DNA of 64,000 bases from an uncultured Desulfarculus sp. (GCA_963665125.2 CAXXUK010000001.1:832001-896000); one strand, 5' to 3'; positions 1-10,328 are shown, counted from the first letter of the stretch. Program-made: numbers and translations. The notes: generated from the letters alone by a model not told the origin.

Positions 1-14
1 TGGCAAACTCCGAA

Positions 15-647
15 ATGGAGGCCGCCGGGGCGCTTCTGGGTGAACTTGGCGGACGCAAGGCCGCCACCCTGCTGCTGGGCCTCATCGCCGATGGCGATGT
101 GGTGGTGAAATTTCAAGCGGTCAGCGCCTTGGGCCTGGTGGTCCGGGAGCTGGCCGCTTCCGATTTGGAGACCGGCCGCGAGGTCTTGCGGCGGCTGGTT
201 TGGAGCCTCAACGAAGAGTCAGGCGCCGTGCCCTGGGGCGCACCCGAGGCCATGGGGGAGATCATGGCCAATGACCGCCGCCTGGCCGAGGAATACCTAA
301 ATCTGCTGATTTCCTACATATGGATCGACGGCAATTACCTGGAGTTCGAGCCGCTGCAGGCCGGAGTGGCCTGGGGAGTGGGACGGGTGGCCCAGGCCTT
401 TCCAAAACTCGTTCTTGGGCGGGGCGCAGCCGGGCCGCTTTTGGATCATCTGGCCAGCCCCGACGGCCAGGTCAGGGGATGCTGCGCCTGGGCCTTGGGT
501 TTGTTCGCCGGCCGGCAGGCCTTGCCGGCCCTGGAAGCTCTAACCGGTGACCAGACCGCTTGCGCTGTTTTTCAAGACGGCGCTTTGATTATGACCACGG
601 TGGGCGAGTTGGCCGCTGATTCCGTTGGATTGGCCTCCCGAGGCTGA
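15..647 (+). CDS. HEAT/ARM-repeat protein, DVU0298-like; probably 5'-truncated by the window edge
   Basis: Helical repeats with RRLVWSLNEESGAVPWGAPEAMGEI, a motif typical of this family; frame is open back to nt 3. Confidence 0.7.
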   Translation: MEAAGALLGELGGRKAATLLLGLIADGDVVVKFQAVSALGLVVRELAASDLETGREVLRRLVWSLNEESGAVPWGAPEAMGEIMANDRRLAEEYLNLLISYIWIDGNYLEFEPLQAGVAWGVGRVAQAFPKLVLGRGAAGPLLDHLASPDGQVRGCCAWALGLFAGRQALPALEALTGDQTACAVFQDGALIMTTVGELAADSVGLASRG

Positions 648-658
648 ACCGGCTTGGC

Positions 659-706
659 TTGACATCACGGCGGCTGTGTGTGAATATCCGGGCATATTGT
701 ACACAA
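659..706 (+). promoter_or_regulatory. Sigma70-type promoter and probable GntR/FadR autoregulatory operator
   Basis: TTGACA (659-664), 17-nt spacer, TGnGAATAT; near-palindrome TTGTACACAA (697-706) just upstream of the GntR gene. Confidence 0.5.
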
Positions 707-732
707 AAACCGAAAAATAAAATTGAAGGTTT

Positions 733-1446
733 ATGGATAAAGATAGCCAAATTATTGAGGAATTAAACAAGTTGGCCGCAGGCGAGGGCTTGACCCGTCG
801 CAACCTGGGCCAGCAGGTTACCGATCTGGTGCGCAAGCTGGTGGTTTCCGGCAAGCTGAAGATAGGCCAGCGTCTGGTGGAACAGCGCCTGGCCGAGGGC
901 CTGGGCATCAGCCGCACGCCCGTGCGGGAAGCACTGCACCGCCTGGCTCAGGAAGAACTGCTTAGCAAGCGCACCAGGGGCGGCTACGTGGTCAGGCCGC
1001 TGACGCCCGAAGAGGTCGAGGACGCCGAGGGCCTGCGGGCCGTGCTGGAGGCCTATGCCGCCCAGCGGGCCGCCCAGCGACGGGACCCGGAGGTGATCCG
1101 GGAGATCGAAAACAATCTCGATGCCTTTGATCAGGCGCTGGTGGAGCGCGACGAACAGAAGCTGATCGAGCTCAACAGCGAGTTCCATCATTTGCTGCAC
1201 CAGGCCGCCCAGTCAAAGCTCCTTTCACGGCAGCTCGGCGACTTGGAGACCACGGTGGAGCGAATCTCCAGGGCCCTGATATCCAATATGAGCGCCGGAG
1301 AATGGTCCTGCGACGAACACCGGGCGATCTTACAGGCCATCAAGGACGGCGACTCCGAGCAGGCGGCCGATATCGCCAAGGAACACGTCAGCCGGGGTGG
1401 GTTGTGGATAGTGTCGCGCATGCGCGAAGAAAACCTGGAGCTGTAG
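733..1446 (+). CDS. GntR family (FadR/FCD) transcriptional regulator
   Basis: wHTH LAEGLGISRTPVREALHRL; C-terminal FCD with NSEFH and EHRAIL. Confidence 0.92.
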   Translation: MDKDSQIIEELNKLAAGEGLTRRNLGQQVTDLVRKLVVSGKLKIGQRLVEQRLAEGLGISRTPVREALHRLAQEELLSKRTRGGYVVRPLTPEEVEDAEGLRAVLEAYAAQRAAQRRDPEVIREIENNLDAFDQALVERDEQKLIELNSEFHHLLHQAAQSKLLSRQLGDLETTVERISRALISNMSAGEWSCDEHRAILQAIKDGDSEQAADIAKEHVSRGGLWIVSRMREENLEL

Positions 1447-1447
1447 T

Positions 1448-1834
1448 TTGAACACATCGCTGGTCTGCATCTACATCGGCGGCGGCCTGCATGTGGCCTG
1501 GGTGATTTTTCATCTTTTAGCGCCCCGTATAATGGGCTGGAAACAGGCCTCTGAAAATTGGGACAGCGGCAACCGCAGCTTTTACCAGATGCTCAATATC
1601 AGCATGATCTTTTTCATGTGCGCCTGCGCATATTTTTCCCTGGTGTACGCCCCGGAGTTGTTGCAGCCTGGTATCGGCCGCAAGCTGCTAACATTATTCG
1701 CCGCTTTTTGGCTCTTGCGTTTGGGTTTGCAAAACCGCTTGTTTAAAGTATTCACTCCAATGTCCCTGCTGATGAACCTGGGCTACCTGGCCACCGCAGT
1801 GGTCTATATCATTCCCTTGATGCGGGGCCACTAG
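1448..1834 (+). CDS. Small multi-pass membrane protein, unknown function
   Basis: About four hydrophobic segments; TTG start 1 nt after the gntR stop. Confidence 0.7.
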   Translation: MNTSLVCIYIGGGLHVAWVIFHLLAPRIMGWKQASENWDSGNRSFYQMLNISMIFFMCACAYFSLVYAPELLQPGIGRKLLTLFAAFWLLRLGLQNRLFKVFTPMSLLMNLGYLATAVVYIIPLMRGH

Positions 1835-1846
1835 CGCCGGTTTATC

Positions 1847-2317
1847 ATGCGCAGAACAATCACCACAATAGTCGTTTGCCTGTGTCTGGCCGCCGTTGGG
1901 CCGGCCTGCGCCGAACCGCTTCCTACGGCCATCGTCAGGGTGGGCGGCTACCAGGTCGCAGCCGAGGTTCCGGTGTCTTGGGCCCAGCGGGCCAGGGGCT
2001 TCTCGGGCCGGGAAAGCCTGGCCCCAGGCCAGGGCATGGCCTTTGTCTACCTCCAGCCCCATACGCTTATGATGCACATGAAGGGCATGAAATTCGGCCT
2101 GGATTTCATCTTTTGCCGCAATGGCAGAATCACCCAGATAGAGCGCGGGGTGCGGCCTTCGGAGAGGGCCGTGGAAGTGTCTTCGGACCAGCCGGTGCAT
2201 TTTGTCCTGGAGATCGCCGAAGGCAGGGCCCTGGAGCTGGGCCTGCGTATGGGTGACGATTGCATCATCGAGATTTCCCCGGAATTACGCCGCCGCCTGG
2301 AGCAATTTCAGCAGTAG
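1847..2317 (+). CDS. DUF192-domain exported protein
   Basis: Signal peptide; RARGFSGRESL..GMAFVY, MKGMKFGLDFIF, VLEIAEG. Confidence 0.85.
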   Translation: MRRTITTIVVCLCLAAVGPACAEPLPTAIVRVGGYQVAAEVPVSWAQRARGFSGRESLAPGQGMAFVYLQPHTLMMHMKGMKFGLDFIFCRNGRITQIERGVRPSERAVEVSSDQPVHFVLEIAEGRALELGLRMGDDCIIEISPELRRRLEQFQQ

Positions 2318-2391
2318 TAAAACAATCGTTGCAAAGCGAACGGTTGCTCGGTATTGTGGACCTAGTATTCACAATCACGGGAGCATAACCA

Positions 2392-3483
2392 ATGGCTGAT
2401 ATCTTCATTCCATGGAAAATGGGCAACCTGGATATTCCCAACCGCCTGGTGCGTAGCGCTACCTGGGAGGGCCTGGCCGAGGACGACGGAACGCCGAAAA
2501 TCGAATTGGCCAATCTATCGGCCGAACTGGCCGAGGGAGGCGTGGGCCTGCTTATTTCCGGTTATATGTATGTGCAACCCGAAGGATTGGGTCTGCCCCA
2601 TCAGACGGGCATATTCATGGACGCCCATGTCGGGCCCCTGACCAGGGTCAGCGACGCGGTGCATAAAGCCGGCGGCGTTATCGCGGCCCAGATCGTACAC
2701 GCCGGCGGCCAGACCAAGACCGACTGGACCCGCCAGGAAGCACTGTACGGCCCATCAGCCATTACCCACCCGGCCTTTGGCGGCCAGGTGCATGAAATGA
2801 GCAAGGAGCACATCGCCGGGACGGTCCAGGCCTTTGCAGACGGCGCCGCCAGGGCCAAGGCAGCAGGGTTTGACGCGGTCCAGTTGCATGGCGCCCATGG
2901 GTACCTGATCAACCAGTTTCTGTCGCCCAACACCAACCTGCGCACCGATGAGTACGGCGGCGACATAAACGGCAGGGCCCGTTTCTGCCTGGAGGTCTAC
3001 GAAGCCGCCCGCCAGGCCGTGGGACCGGACTACCCGCTGTTCATCAAACTCAACACCACCGACGCCCTGGAGGGCGGCCTGGAATTCGCCGACGCCTTGG
3101 AAGTGGCCAAGATGCTCGACGCCAGGGGCATCGACGCCATCGAAGTCAGCGGCGGCGTGCCTGCGGCCCGTAAAAACTCGCCTTCACGCATGGTCAAGGA
3201 ACCCTCTGACGAAGGCTATTTCCTGGACAATGCCAAGGCCGTCAAGGACGCCGTCAAGTGCCCGGTGATCGTGGTTGGCGGCTGGCGCAGCAAGCCCCGC
3301 ATCCAGGACGCCCTGGACATCGTCGACGCCGTGGCCATGTCCCGCCCCCTGGTTCGCCAGCCCAACCTGCCCCAGCTGTGGGCCGAGGGCGGCAATGAAC
3401 CGGCGGCCTGCATCTCCTGCGGCAAATGCTTCGGCACGGCCATGTCCGGTCATCTGGCCTGCGCTGTCGAAGCTCAAAAATAG
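2392..3483 (+). CDS. NADH:flavin oxidoreductase (Old Yellow Enzyme family)
   Basis: NRLVRSATWE, GFDAVQLHGAHGYLINQFLSP, NLRTDEYGG; C-terminal CISCGKC. Confidence 0.93.
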   Translation: MADIFIPWKMGNLDIPNRLVRSATWEGLAEDDGTPKIELANLSAELAEGGVGLLISGYMYVQPEGLGLPHQTGIFMDAHVGPLTRVSDAVHKAGGVIAAQIVHAGGQTKTDWTRQEALYGPSAITHPAFGGQVHEMSKEHIAGTVQAFADGAARAKAAGFDAVQLHGAHGYLINQFLSPNTNLRTDEYGGDINGRARFCLEVYEAARQAVGPDYPLFIKLNTTDALEGGLEFADALEVAKMLDARGIDAIEVSGGVPAARKNSPSRMVKEPSDEGYFLDNAKAVKDAVKCPVIVVGGWRSKPRIQDALDIVDAVAMSRPLVRQPNLPQLWAEGGNEPAACISCGKCFGTAMSGHLACAVEAQK

Positions 3484-3492
3484 TTTGTATTC

Positions 3493-3794
3493 TTGGGGGG
3501 CTTTTTGAAAAAAGCCCCCCAAACCCCCGAAAAACTTCGCGCGAAACAATTTCCGCCTTTGGCGCAAATCGTTTCGCGTCGTTTTTGGGAAATTGGAGGG
3601 CTAATAATCGTTTGTGCATGGTTTCGAGCTACTTGTTTTGTTTGTTTTGCAGCGGGCAAAACAAACAAAACGGGCAATCGCCCCCAAACGCCAAAAAAAG
3701 ACCGGTTATTGTTTGGCTGCATGTCCGACAAACAATAACCGGCAAAGTTCTTTTGGGGGTGCGGGGGTATTTTCTTTCAAGAAAATGCCCCCGC
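3493..3794. repeat. Symmetric five-hairpin palindromic element (REP/REPIN-like), copy A
   Basis: Five consecutive inverted repeats between convergent genes; 3495-3520 is identical to 59563-59588; the reverse complement of ~3693-3760 closely matches ~39027-39094. Confidence 0.8.
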
Positions 3795-3801
3795 TAAACT
3801 A

Positions 3802-4800
3802 TCATGCCGCGCCGGGAATAAAGTCTTTGGGGCGCACCTCGATCAAGCTGATAGCCTCCGTGGGGCACTGGACCAGACAGACGCCGCAACCGAGGCATTT
3901 GTCGGGGTCGACCACACTTTCGCTGCCCTCGTCGCCGGTCCAGCCAATGGCTCCAAAGTGGCATGCGTCGTGGCAGACGCCGCATGCCGTGCATTCGTCT
4001 TGGTCGATTTCGGCCTTGAAGCGGCTGGGATCAACGAACTTGGTGTTGTATTTGAGAAGGATGTCCAGGTTTTCGCAGCAACATGGACAGCAGTTGCAGA
4101 TAACGTGGCCTGGTTTTGTGGTGTTGAACGCTGAGTGGATCAGACCCTGTTCCTCGGCCTGTTTGCAGATGTCGATGGCTTCCTGTTTGGTGACCTCGCG
4201 CCCTGTTCCTCGCTCCAGGGCGTAGAGCGCGCCGTTGTTGAGCTGAATGCAGTTGTAGACCTCACGGTCCCAGCGTTTCATGGTCAGACGGCAGGTGCAG
4301 GCTGTCACGGCCAGGACGTTCGCTTCGTCTATGAGCTCCTTGATGTCTTCGAAACTGAGCACGGCTTGCTTGGCCGGTACTGATATGTTGACCGGGATGA
4401 CCCGCATGCCGGGTTTGGGCATGACCTGCTCAACCTGCTTGGCGAATTCCGGCCATTCCTCATCCATGTATTCAACCCAGAGGTCGAAAAATTCCTGGGT
4501 TGCCTCGGGCCACAGGATCGTGGCGTCATGGAACTGAAAGAAGTCGCGGACCATTCGGTAGGAGATGGGATTGGTCCTTTTATTTTTAAACACAAGACCC
4601 TTGAGGAACAACTCGTCCAGCCGCTCTTGAACCCTTGATTCGTCCAGGTTGAATTTTTCGGCAAGCTCGGGGGCCTGGGCGGGCATAGCCAGCATCATGT
4701 CCGCATCCAATTCATCGGCGATCATGGAGAACAGGCGCGCAATGCGCTCGGAATCACCCATATTGATTTTTAGGGTTAGTGTTTTGTAGCGCTGGTCCAT
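3802..4800 (-). CDS. 4Fe-4S dicluster-domain protein
   Basis: CTACGVCHDAC and CLGCGVCLVQCP motifs, ICNCCPCCC, ACTCR; start placed at ATG 4800 after a GAGGA RBS. Confidence 0.85.
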   Translation of the reverse strand: MDQRYKTLTLKINMGDSERIARLFSMIADELDADMMLAMPAQAPELAEKFNLDESRVQERLDELFLKGLVFKNKRTNPISYRMVRDFFQFHDATILWPEATQEFFDLWVEYMDEEWPEFAKQVEQVMPKPGMRVIPVNISVPAKQAVLSFEDIKELIDEANVLAVTACTCRLTMKRWDREVYNCIQLNNGALYALERGTGREVTKQEAIDICKQAEEQGLIHSAFNTTKPGHVICNCCPCCCENLDILLKYNTKFVDPSRFKAEIDQDECTACGVCHDACHFGAIGWTGDEGSESVVDPDKCLGCGVCLVQCPTEAISLIEVRPKDFIPGAA

Positions 4801-5034
4801 ATTCTTCCTCTTGTTTAAAGCGATCTGGCTAATATCCCCCATTCATCTGAGTACTGTCTCAATATAACGGGCAGAAAGTCAAGTCCTGTTGCGTAATTGG
4901 TTATGGCGGGCAGGAATTAATATGAGCAATACATGGGCACTAATTAAGGCGTTCACCCTATTTAACGGGTGATCATCCACCCGTAGTATGGGAATTGGTC
5001 AACTTTGAAAAACATCAACAGAGGGGAACTGGTG

Positions 5035-6450
5035 ATGGTTAAGAAAATGACACTTGGTACTCAGGTGTTCGCGGGCTTTGCCGTGGTGCTGGTGCTGATG
5101 ACGGCTGTGTCACTCAGCGGATTGTGGGCCATGGGCAATGTCGCCCACAGCGCCCAGGTCGCCGACCTATGCGGAGATATGATCAACAATCTTCTCGAAG
5201 CGAGAAGGCATGAAAAAAACTACATCATCAGGCTTGATGCCAAATACATAGCCAAGGTTGATAAATCCGTAGAGTCTGTTTTAACGACAGCCGGCATGGT
5301 GGTCGGACAGGTGGATTCCGACGGGGAGCGCGAAGAACTCAATGCCGTTGATCTGCAGACGCGGGCCTACCAAAAGGCTTTTCACGCTTATGCCGACATG
5401 CTGAAGCAAAAGGCCGTCGGTAATGAACAGGCCGAGGATTCAAAGGTTCAGGACGAAGAGGGAAGCGCGATGGTCAAGACCGCTCGGGCCGCCATTGCCG
5501 CCTGCGAGTCCGTGCGAAACCGGCAAAGACAACAGATGGCCGATTACATCTCCAGCGCCAAATGGCAAAACGGCATAGGACTGGGAATAGGCATCAGCAT
5601 CGGCTTGTTGTGCGCTTGGCTTATAACCTTGGCGGTCACCAGGCCCCTGCGCCGGGTAATTGATGTGCTCAGCTCAGGCTCGGCAGAAGTGGCCAATACA
5701 TCCGGCCATGTTTCCCAGGCAAGCCAGACCCTGGCCGAAGGCGCGGGCAGCCAGGCAGCGACGCTAGAGGAAACCTCGGCAACTCTGGAACAGATGAGCG
5801 CCATGATCCGCAACACGGCCGACGGAGCCCAGGAGGCGACCAAGTCACGCAAGGCCGCCCATGCCAAGTTGCAGGAAGCGGCGGATTTGATGCAGCAGGC
5901 CGGATCGGCAATGGACAAGGTTGAGCAGGCTGGCCAGCAAACGGCCAAGGTGGTCAAGGCCATCGATGAGATTGCGTTCCAGACCAACATGCTGGCTCTG
6001 AACGCGGCGGTGGAGGCTGCCAGGGCCGGAGACGCCGGAAACGGATTCGCCGTGGTGGCCGAGGAAGTGCGCAACCTGGCTCTGCGGGCGGCCGATGCCG
6101 CGCGCAACACCCAAAACCTGATCCAGGGATCGGTGCAAGACATCGTCGAGGGTGCTGCTCTGGTGGCCAGGGCCAAGGATTCTTTCGATATTGTAGTGGA
6201 TCACAACACCGAGGTCGGCCGGCTCGTGGATCAGATCGCCGAGGCGTCCCAGGAACAGGCTCTGGGCGTGGAACAGATGAGCGATTCCGCCTCATCCATG
6301 AACGGCATCACCCAGCATGTCGCGGCCAGCGCCGAACAGGCCGCTGTGGCCGCCGAACAACTCAACGCCCAGGCCGTGGAGATGCAGCAGGTGGTGTTGA
6401 CCATAACCAAGATGATAAACGGCGGGAGGGCTAATAGTCTTCACCGCTGA
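5035..6450 (+). CDS. Methyl-accepting chemotaxis protein
   Basis: Two TM segments flanking a periplasmic domain; IAFQTNMLALNAAVEAARAGDAGNGFAVVAEEVR; start at ATG 5035 after GAGGGG. Confidence 0.93.
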   Translation: MVKKMTLGTQVFAGFAVVLVLMTAVSLSGLWAMGNVAHSAQVADLCGDMINNLLEARRHEKNYIIRLDAKYIAKVDKSVESVLTTAGMVVGQVDSDGEREELNAVDLQTRAYQKAFHAYADMLKQKAVGNEQAEDSKVQDEEGSAMVKTARAAIAACESVRNRQRQQMADYISSAKWQNGIGLGIGISIGLLCAWLITLAVTRPLRRVIDVLSSGSAEVANTSGHVSQASQTLAEGAGSQAATLEETSATLEQMSAMIRNTADGAQEATKSRKAAHAKLQEAADLMQQAGSAMDKVEQAGQQTAKVVKAIDEIAFQTNMLALNAAVEAARAGDAGNGFAVVAEEVRNLALRAADAARNTQNLIQGSVQDIVEGAALVARAKDSFDIVVDHNTEVGRLVDQIAEASQEQALGVEQMSDSASSMNGITQHVAASAEQAAVAAEQLNAQAVEMQQVVLTITKMINGGRANSLHR

Positions 6451-6772
6451 CCCCGCCGCGGCGGGCCTTGACCTGGGCGCGGCGCCTCTTGGCCTCCAGG
6501 CGTTTTTTACGGGCCGCCCGGCTGGGCTTGGTGGGTCGCCTGATTTTAACGGGCCTGTCCAGTTCGCTTAGGCGCTGGGCCAGCCGCAACAGGGCCGCCT
6601 GCATGTTCTGGTGCCTGCTGCGGCGCTCGGTGGCGGTCACCACCATGCCGGTTGGCAGATGAGTCAGGCGTACGCCGGTTTCGGTCTTGTTGCGGTGTTG
6701 TCCGCCGGGGCCCGAAGCCTTGAAAAAGGTCCAGTCCAGTTCATTGTCCGGGGGGATGGGGTAGCGGGGCAT
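6431..6772 (-). CDS. arfB: ArfB/YaeJ-like ribosome-rescue peptidyl-tRNA hydrolase
   Basis: ASGPGGQHRNK (GGQ motif) and basic tail RRPTKPSRAARKKRLEAKRRR. Confidence 0.8.
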   Translation of the reverse strand: MPRYPIPPDNELDWTFFKASGPGGQHRNKTETGVRLTHLPTGMVVTATERRSRHQNMQAALLRLAQRLSELDRPVKIRRPTKPSRAARKKRLEAKRRRAQVKARRGGVSGEDY

Positions 6773-6778
6773 CAGAAT

Positions 6779-7567
6779 CTACTTATCCCGGGGCAGGCGC
6801 TTGTCGCGCTCCACATAGGCATAGGCGCTGTGGTTGTGGATGGACTCGAAGTTTTCGCTGTCCACCGAATACCAGGTGATGTTGTCGTCCTGCTCCATCT
6901 TACTGGCTACTTCGCGAACGATATCCTCGACGAACATGGGATTATCGTAAGCCGTCTCGGTGACGTACTTTTCGTCTTCGCGCTTGAGCAGGGAAAACAC
7001 CTCGCAACTGGCCGATTCTTCCACCAGGCGGATCAGGTTTTCAATCCAGATGAACTTTTTGTAGCGAACGGCCAAACGGACAATGCCGCGCTGGTTGTGG
7101 GCGCCGTCGCTGCTGATTTCCCTGGAGCAGGGGCACAATGTGGTGACCGGCACGGAAATCTGCACCACAAGGTCCATGCCGCTGCCGTTGAGGCTGCCCC
7201 GGAAAGCCGCGTTGTATTCCATCAGGCCCAGCGCGCCGCTGACAGGGGCGGCCTTTTCAATGAAGTAGGGGAACTCGACTTCGATGTGGGCGCTTTGGGC
7301 ATTGAGGCGGGTTTTCATCTCCTGGAGGATGCCCGGCAGCTTTTCAAGGCTCATATTGTTTGAGCGCTCGGCCAGGATCTCCACAAAGCGGCTCATGTGG
7401 GTGCCCTTGTACTGATGGGGCAGATTGACATACATGTTGATTGAGGCCACTGTTTGTTGGGTTACATTGGCCTGGTCCAGCACGGTGATGGGATACCGGA
7501 TATTTTTCACGCCCACTTTGTCGATGGGAATGTTCCGGTCGTCTCTTTGGCTTTGTACGTCTTTCAT
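6779..7567 (-). CDS. folE2: GTP cyclohydrolase I, type FolE2
   Basis: KGTHMSRF, TTLCPCS, AHNQR, ESIHNHSAYA. Confidence 0.95.
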   Translation of the reverse strand: MKDVQSQRDDRNIPIDKVGVKNIRYPITVLDQANVTQQTVASINMYVNLPHQYKGTHMSRFVEILAERSNNMSLEKLPGILQEMKTRLNAQSAHIEVEFPYFIEKAAPVSGALGLMEYNAAFRGSLNGSGMDLVVQISVPVTTLCPCSREISSDGAHNQRGIVRLAVRYKKFIWIENLIRLVEESASCEVFSLLKREDEKYVTETAYDNPMFVEDIVREVASKMEQDDNITWYSVDSENFESIHNHSAYAYVERDKRLPRDK

Positions 7568-7648
7568 AGGAATATCTCGTTGGCTGCGATTATAGTGAGA
7601 GATGCGGTTTAGTCAAGCAAAGCTCGACTTTTTTATGGGAGGATCAAA

Positions 7649-8050
7649 TTGAGCGAAAACCTGCACCACACCCATTTGATGGCCTCGGACATAGACGCCA
7701 GTATTGATTTTTTCGTTAAGTTCTTTGGCGCGAAGGTTGTATTGGATCAGGACATGGCCGGAGCCCGTAATGTTTTCATGAAGATAGGCTGCGGCAGACT
7801 GCATTTTTACGAGCAGCCGCCCCAAGGCGACAGGCGCGGCCAGGTGCACCACCTTGGCATTCAAACCGACGACCTGGAGGGATTGGTGTGGCGGTTGAAA
7901 GAAGGCGGCGTGAAGATCCCAAAGCCCATCCAGGACTTCGGATCGTGGAAGTACGTCATGGCTCCGGCGCCGGACAACATGTTGCTGGAGCTATTTCAGG
8001 TTGATATGAACAACTTGCTCCCGGGCTTGGAAGATTATTTTTGCGGCTAG
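7649..8050 (+). CDS. VOC/glyoxalase family protein
   Basis: LHHTHL..SDIDASIDFF, VHHLGIQTDDL, APDNMLLELFQ. Confidence 0.85.
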   Translation: MSENLHHTHLMASDIDASIDFFVKFFGAKVVLDQDMAGARNVFMKIGCGRLHFYEQPPQGDRRGQVHHLGIQTDDLEGLVWRLKEGGVKIPKPIQDFGSWKYVMAPAPDNMLLELFQVDMNNLLPGLEDYFCG

Positions 8051-8059
8051 GCCGCGGGA

Positions 8060-9463
8060 TCACCAGCCCCAGCACATATAACGGTGGATGGAGTCGGCGG
8101 CTGTCCGTCCCGCCCTGGCGGCCTTGATCACCGTGGCCGCGCCGGTGACGATGTCGCCTCCGGCCCAGACGGCTCTTTTTTTGGTGCGTCCCTCCTTGTC
8201 GCAGGCGATATAGCCCCATTCGTTGGTGACCAAATTAGGCGTCGTTTTGGTGATCAAAGGGTTTGCGCCCGAGCCGATGGCCACCACGGCCAGGTCGCAT
8301 TCCAGCCTGGTGATGCCGCCGGCAACGGGCTGGGGCCTGCGCCTGCCCGATTCATCCTCGGGGCCCAGTTCCATCTGCTGCAATTCAACCGCCTTGAGCA
8401 CACCGTCGTCGTCGCCTATAAAGCGCAGGGGCGAGTGCAACAGGTAAAATTCAATGCCCTCCTGCTCACCGTGGTGAATCTCCTCGAAACGGGCCGGCAA
8501 CTCTTCACGCCCCCGGCGGTAGACGCACTTGACGTCGTCGCAGCCCAGGCGTAGGGCCGTGCGCAGGGCGTCCATGGCCACGTTGCCGCCGCCGAATACG
8601 CAGATGTGTTTGCCCTTCATGATCGGCGTGTCATAGTCGGGGAAAAGGTAGGCCTTCATCAGGTTGGATCTTGTGAGGTATTCGTTGGCGCTGAAGACGC
8701 CGATCAAGTCTTCGCCGGGGACGCCCAGGAAGGTGGGCAGACCCGCTCCGACGCCGATGTAGACCGCGTCATAGCCCTTGTCTTGCAACAACTCGTCAAT
8801 GGTGACAACGGTGCCCACCACGGTGTTCAGTTCGAACCGCACGCCAAGGCGCTCCAACAGGTGGATCTCGGCGGCCACGATTTCCTTGGGCAGGCGGAAT
8901 TCGGGAATGCCGTAGACCAAGACGCCGCCCGCCTTGTGAAAGGCCTCGAAAACCGTGACCTCGTGGCCTTTTTTGATCAGGTCGCCGGCAACGGTTAGAC
9001 CGCCCGGACCAGATCCAACCACGGCCACCTTCTTGCCGGTGCTTGGAGCCACGGCCGGCAAGGGTATGTCCTTGCGGGCCCGCGCCCAGTCGGCGGCAAA
9101 CCGCTCCAGGTTGCCGATGGCCACGGGTTTGTCCTTTTTGCCCAGGATGCACAGGCCTTCGCATTGATTCTCCTGGGGGCAGACCCGGCCGCACACGGCG
9201 GGCAGGGCGTTTTTATCCCAAAGCACCATGATGGCCTTGATGAAGTCTCCGTCCTGAATGGCCTTGACGAAGCGCGGTATTTCCACATTGACCGGACAAC
9301 CGGCAACGCAGGCCGGTTTTTTACACTGCAAACAGCGGGATGCCTCTTTTTGGGCACTATCGGCGTCATAGCCAAGGGGGACTTCATCAAAATTGCGGCG
9401 GCGAATCTCCGGGTCCTGTTCGAACATCACCTGGCGGGGAATGGCCTGATTGTTCGTTTCCAT
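8060..9463 (-). CDS. nfnB: NADH-dependent reduced ferredoxin:NADP+ oxidoreductase large subunit (GltD-like)
   Basis: EASRCLQCKKPACVAGCP, CGRVCPQENQCE, GSGPGG, GGGNVAMD, YRR; start at ATG 9463 (METNNQ), next to the nfnA stop. Confidence 0.88.
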   Translation of the reverse strand: METNNQAIPRQVMFEQDPEIRRRNFDEVPLGYDADSAQKEASRCLQCKKPACVAGCPVNVEIPRFVKAIQDGDFIKAIMVLWDKNALPAVCGRVCPQENQCEGLCILGKKDKPVAIGNLERFAADWARARKDIPLPAVAPSTGKKVAVVGSGPGGLTVAGDLIKKGHEVTVFEAFHKAGGVLVYGIPEFRLPKEIVAAEIHLLERLGVRFELNTVVGTVVTIDELLQDKGYDAVYIGVGAGLPTFLGVPGEDLIGVFSANEYLTRSNLMKAYLFPDYDTPIMKGKHICVFGGGNVAMDALRTALRLGCDDVKCVYRRGREELPARFEEIHHGEQEGIEFYLLHSPLRFIGDDDGVLKAVELQQMELGPEDESGRRRPQPVAGGITRLECDLAVVAIGSGANPLITKTTPNLVTNEWGYIACDKEGRTKKRAVWAGGDIVTGAATVIKAARAGRTAADSIHRYMCWGW

Positions 9464-9464
9464 G

Positions 9465-10328
9465 TCAGTTGCCTCCCTGTTCCGTTCGCGGCAAGGCGCA
9501 GGTGGCGCGGTATTTTTCCATGGACGCCTTTTCTTGCAGACGGTAGGCGGCAAGGCGGTGGTCCAAACCGGCGTAATCCACCTTGTGACCGTCGAACTCG
9601 GGTCCGTCGACGCAGGCAAAGCGGATTTCATCGCCAACCTTGACCCGGCAGCAGCCGCACATGCCCGTTCCGTCAAGCATTATGGCGTTGAGGCTGACCT
9701 GGGTGGGCACGCCGAATTTCTTGGTGACTTCACAACAAAATTTCATCATAGGCACCGGCCCTATGCATACGGTCTCCTTGACGCTGGCGCCCAGCCTGTC
9801 CAGGGTCTCGCGTAATACATCGGTGACAAAACCGGCGTGGCCGTAGCTCCCGTCGTCGGTGCAGACATGCAATTCGTTGCAGGCCTGTTCCATATCCTGC
9901 TCCATGATCAATAGCTCTTTGCTGCGGGCACCGATGATGCCTATGACATGGTTGCCGGCCAGTTTGAACCCTCTGGCGATGGGATGAAGAACCGCTATTC
10001 CAGTGCCACCGCCGACGCAAACCACCGTGCCGAGTTTTTTAATCTGGGTGGGTTTGCCCAGGGGCCCGACCACATCCTGGATTTGGTCGGTCACGCTCAG
10101 GCTGGCCAGCAAGGCGGTTGTTTTCCCCACAATTTGATAAATGATTTTTATGGTTCCATGGTGAGGATCGGTGTCGGCCATGGTCAGAGGTATGCGTTCA
10201 CCGGTTTCATTGACCCGAAGGATTATGAACTGGCCTGGCTTTGCTTTTGATGCAATAGCCGGGGCATGTATCTCGTTCATCACAACGGTGCCTTGGGCCA
10301 TGATTTGCTTAGCCACTATTGTGTACAT
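9465..10328 (-). CDS. nfnA: NADH-dependent reduced ferredoxin:NADP+ oxidoreductase small subunit (FAD, 2Fe-2S)
   Basis: KPGQFIIL..GERIPLT, GGGTGIA, DGTGMCGCCRV..CVDGPEF; directly upstream of a GltD-like gene. Confidence 0.88.
   Translation of the reverse strand: MYTIVAKQIMAQGTVVMNEIHAPAIASKAKPGQFIILRVNETGERIPLTMADTDPHHGTIKIIYQIVGKTTALLASLSVTDQIQDVVGPLGKPTQIKKLGTVVCVGGGTGIAVLHPIARGFKLAGNHVIGIIGARSKELLIMEQDMEQACNELHVCTDDGSYGHAGFVTDVLRETLDRLGASVKETVCIGPVPMMKFCCEVTKKFGVPTQVSLNAIMLDGTGMCGCCRVKVGDEIRFACVDGPEFDGHKVDYAGLDHRLAAYRLQEKASMEKYRATCALPRTEQGGN

Noticed and set aside
2353..2375. Inverted repeat ATTGTGGA-N7-TTCACAAT upstream of the flavin oxidoreductase
   Set aside because: Plausible operator, but a single instance with no assignable regulator
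3493..3794. CRISPR array, or the ORFs called across the palindromic elements (e.g. 3474..3731, 3493..3738, 59510..59779)
   Set aside because: No regularly spaced direct repeats and no cas genes; the ORFs are low-complexity translations of inverted repeats
6431..6450. 20-nt 3' overlap of the MCP and arfB-like genes
   Set aside because: Short convergent overlaps are common; no evidence of function
8060..9676. Glutamate synthase small subunit, with the 538-aa length given in the track
   Set aside because: No gltB nearby, and pairing with an NfnA-type gene indicates Nfn; the N-terminal extension overlaps nfnA, so the start was moved to 9463
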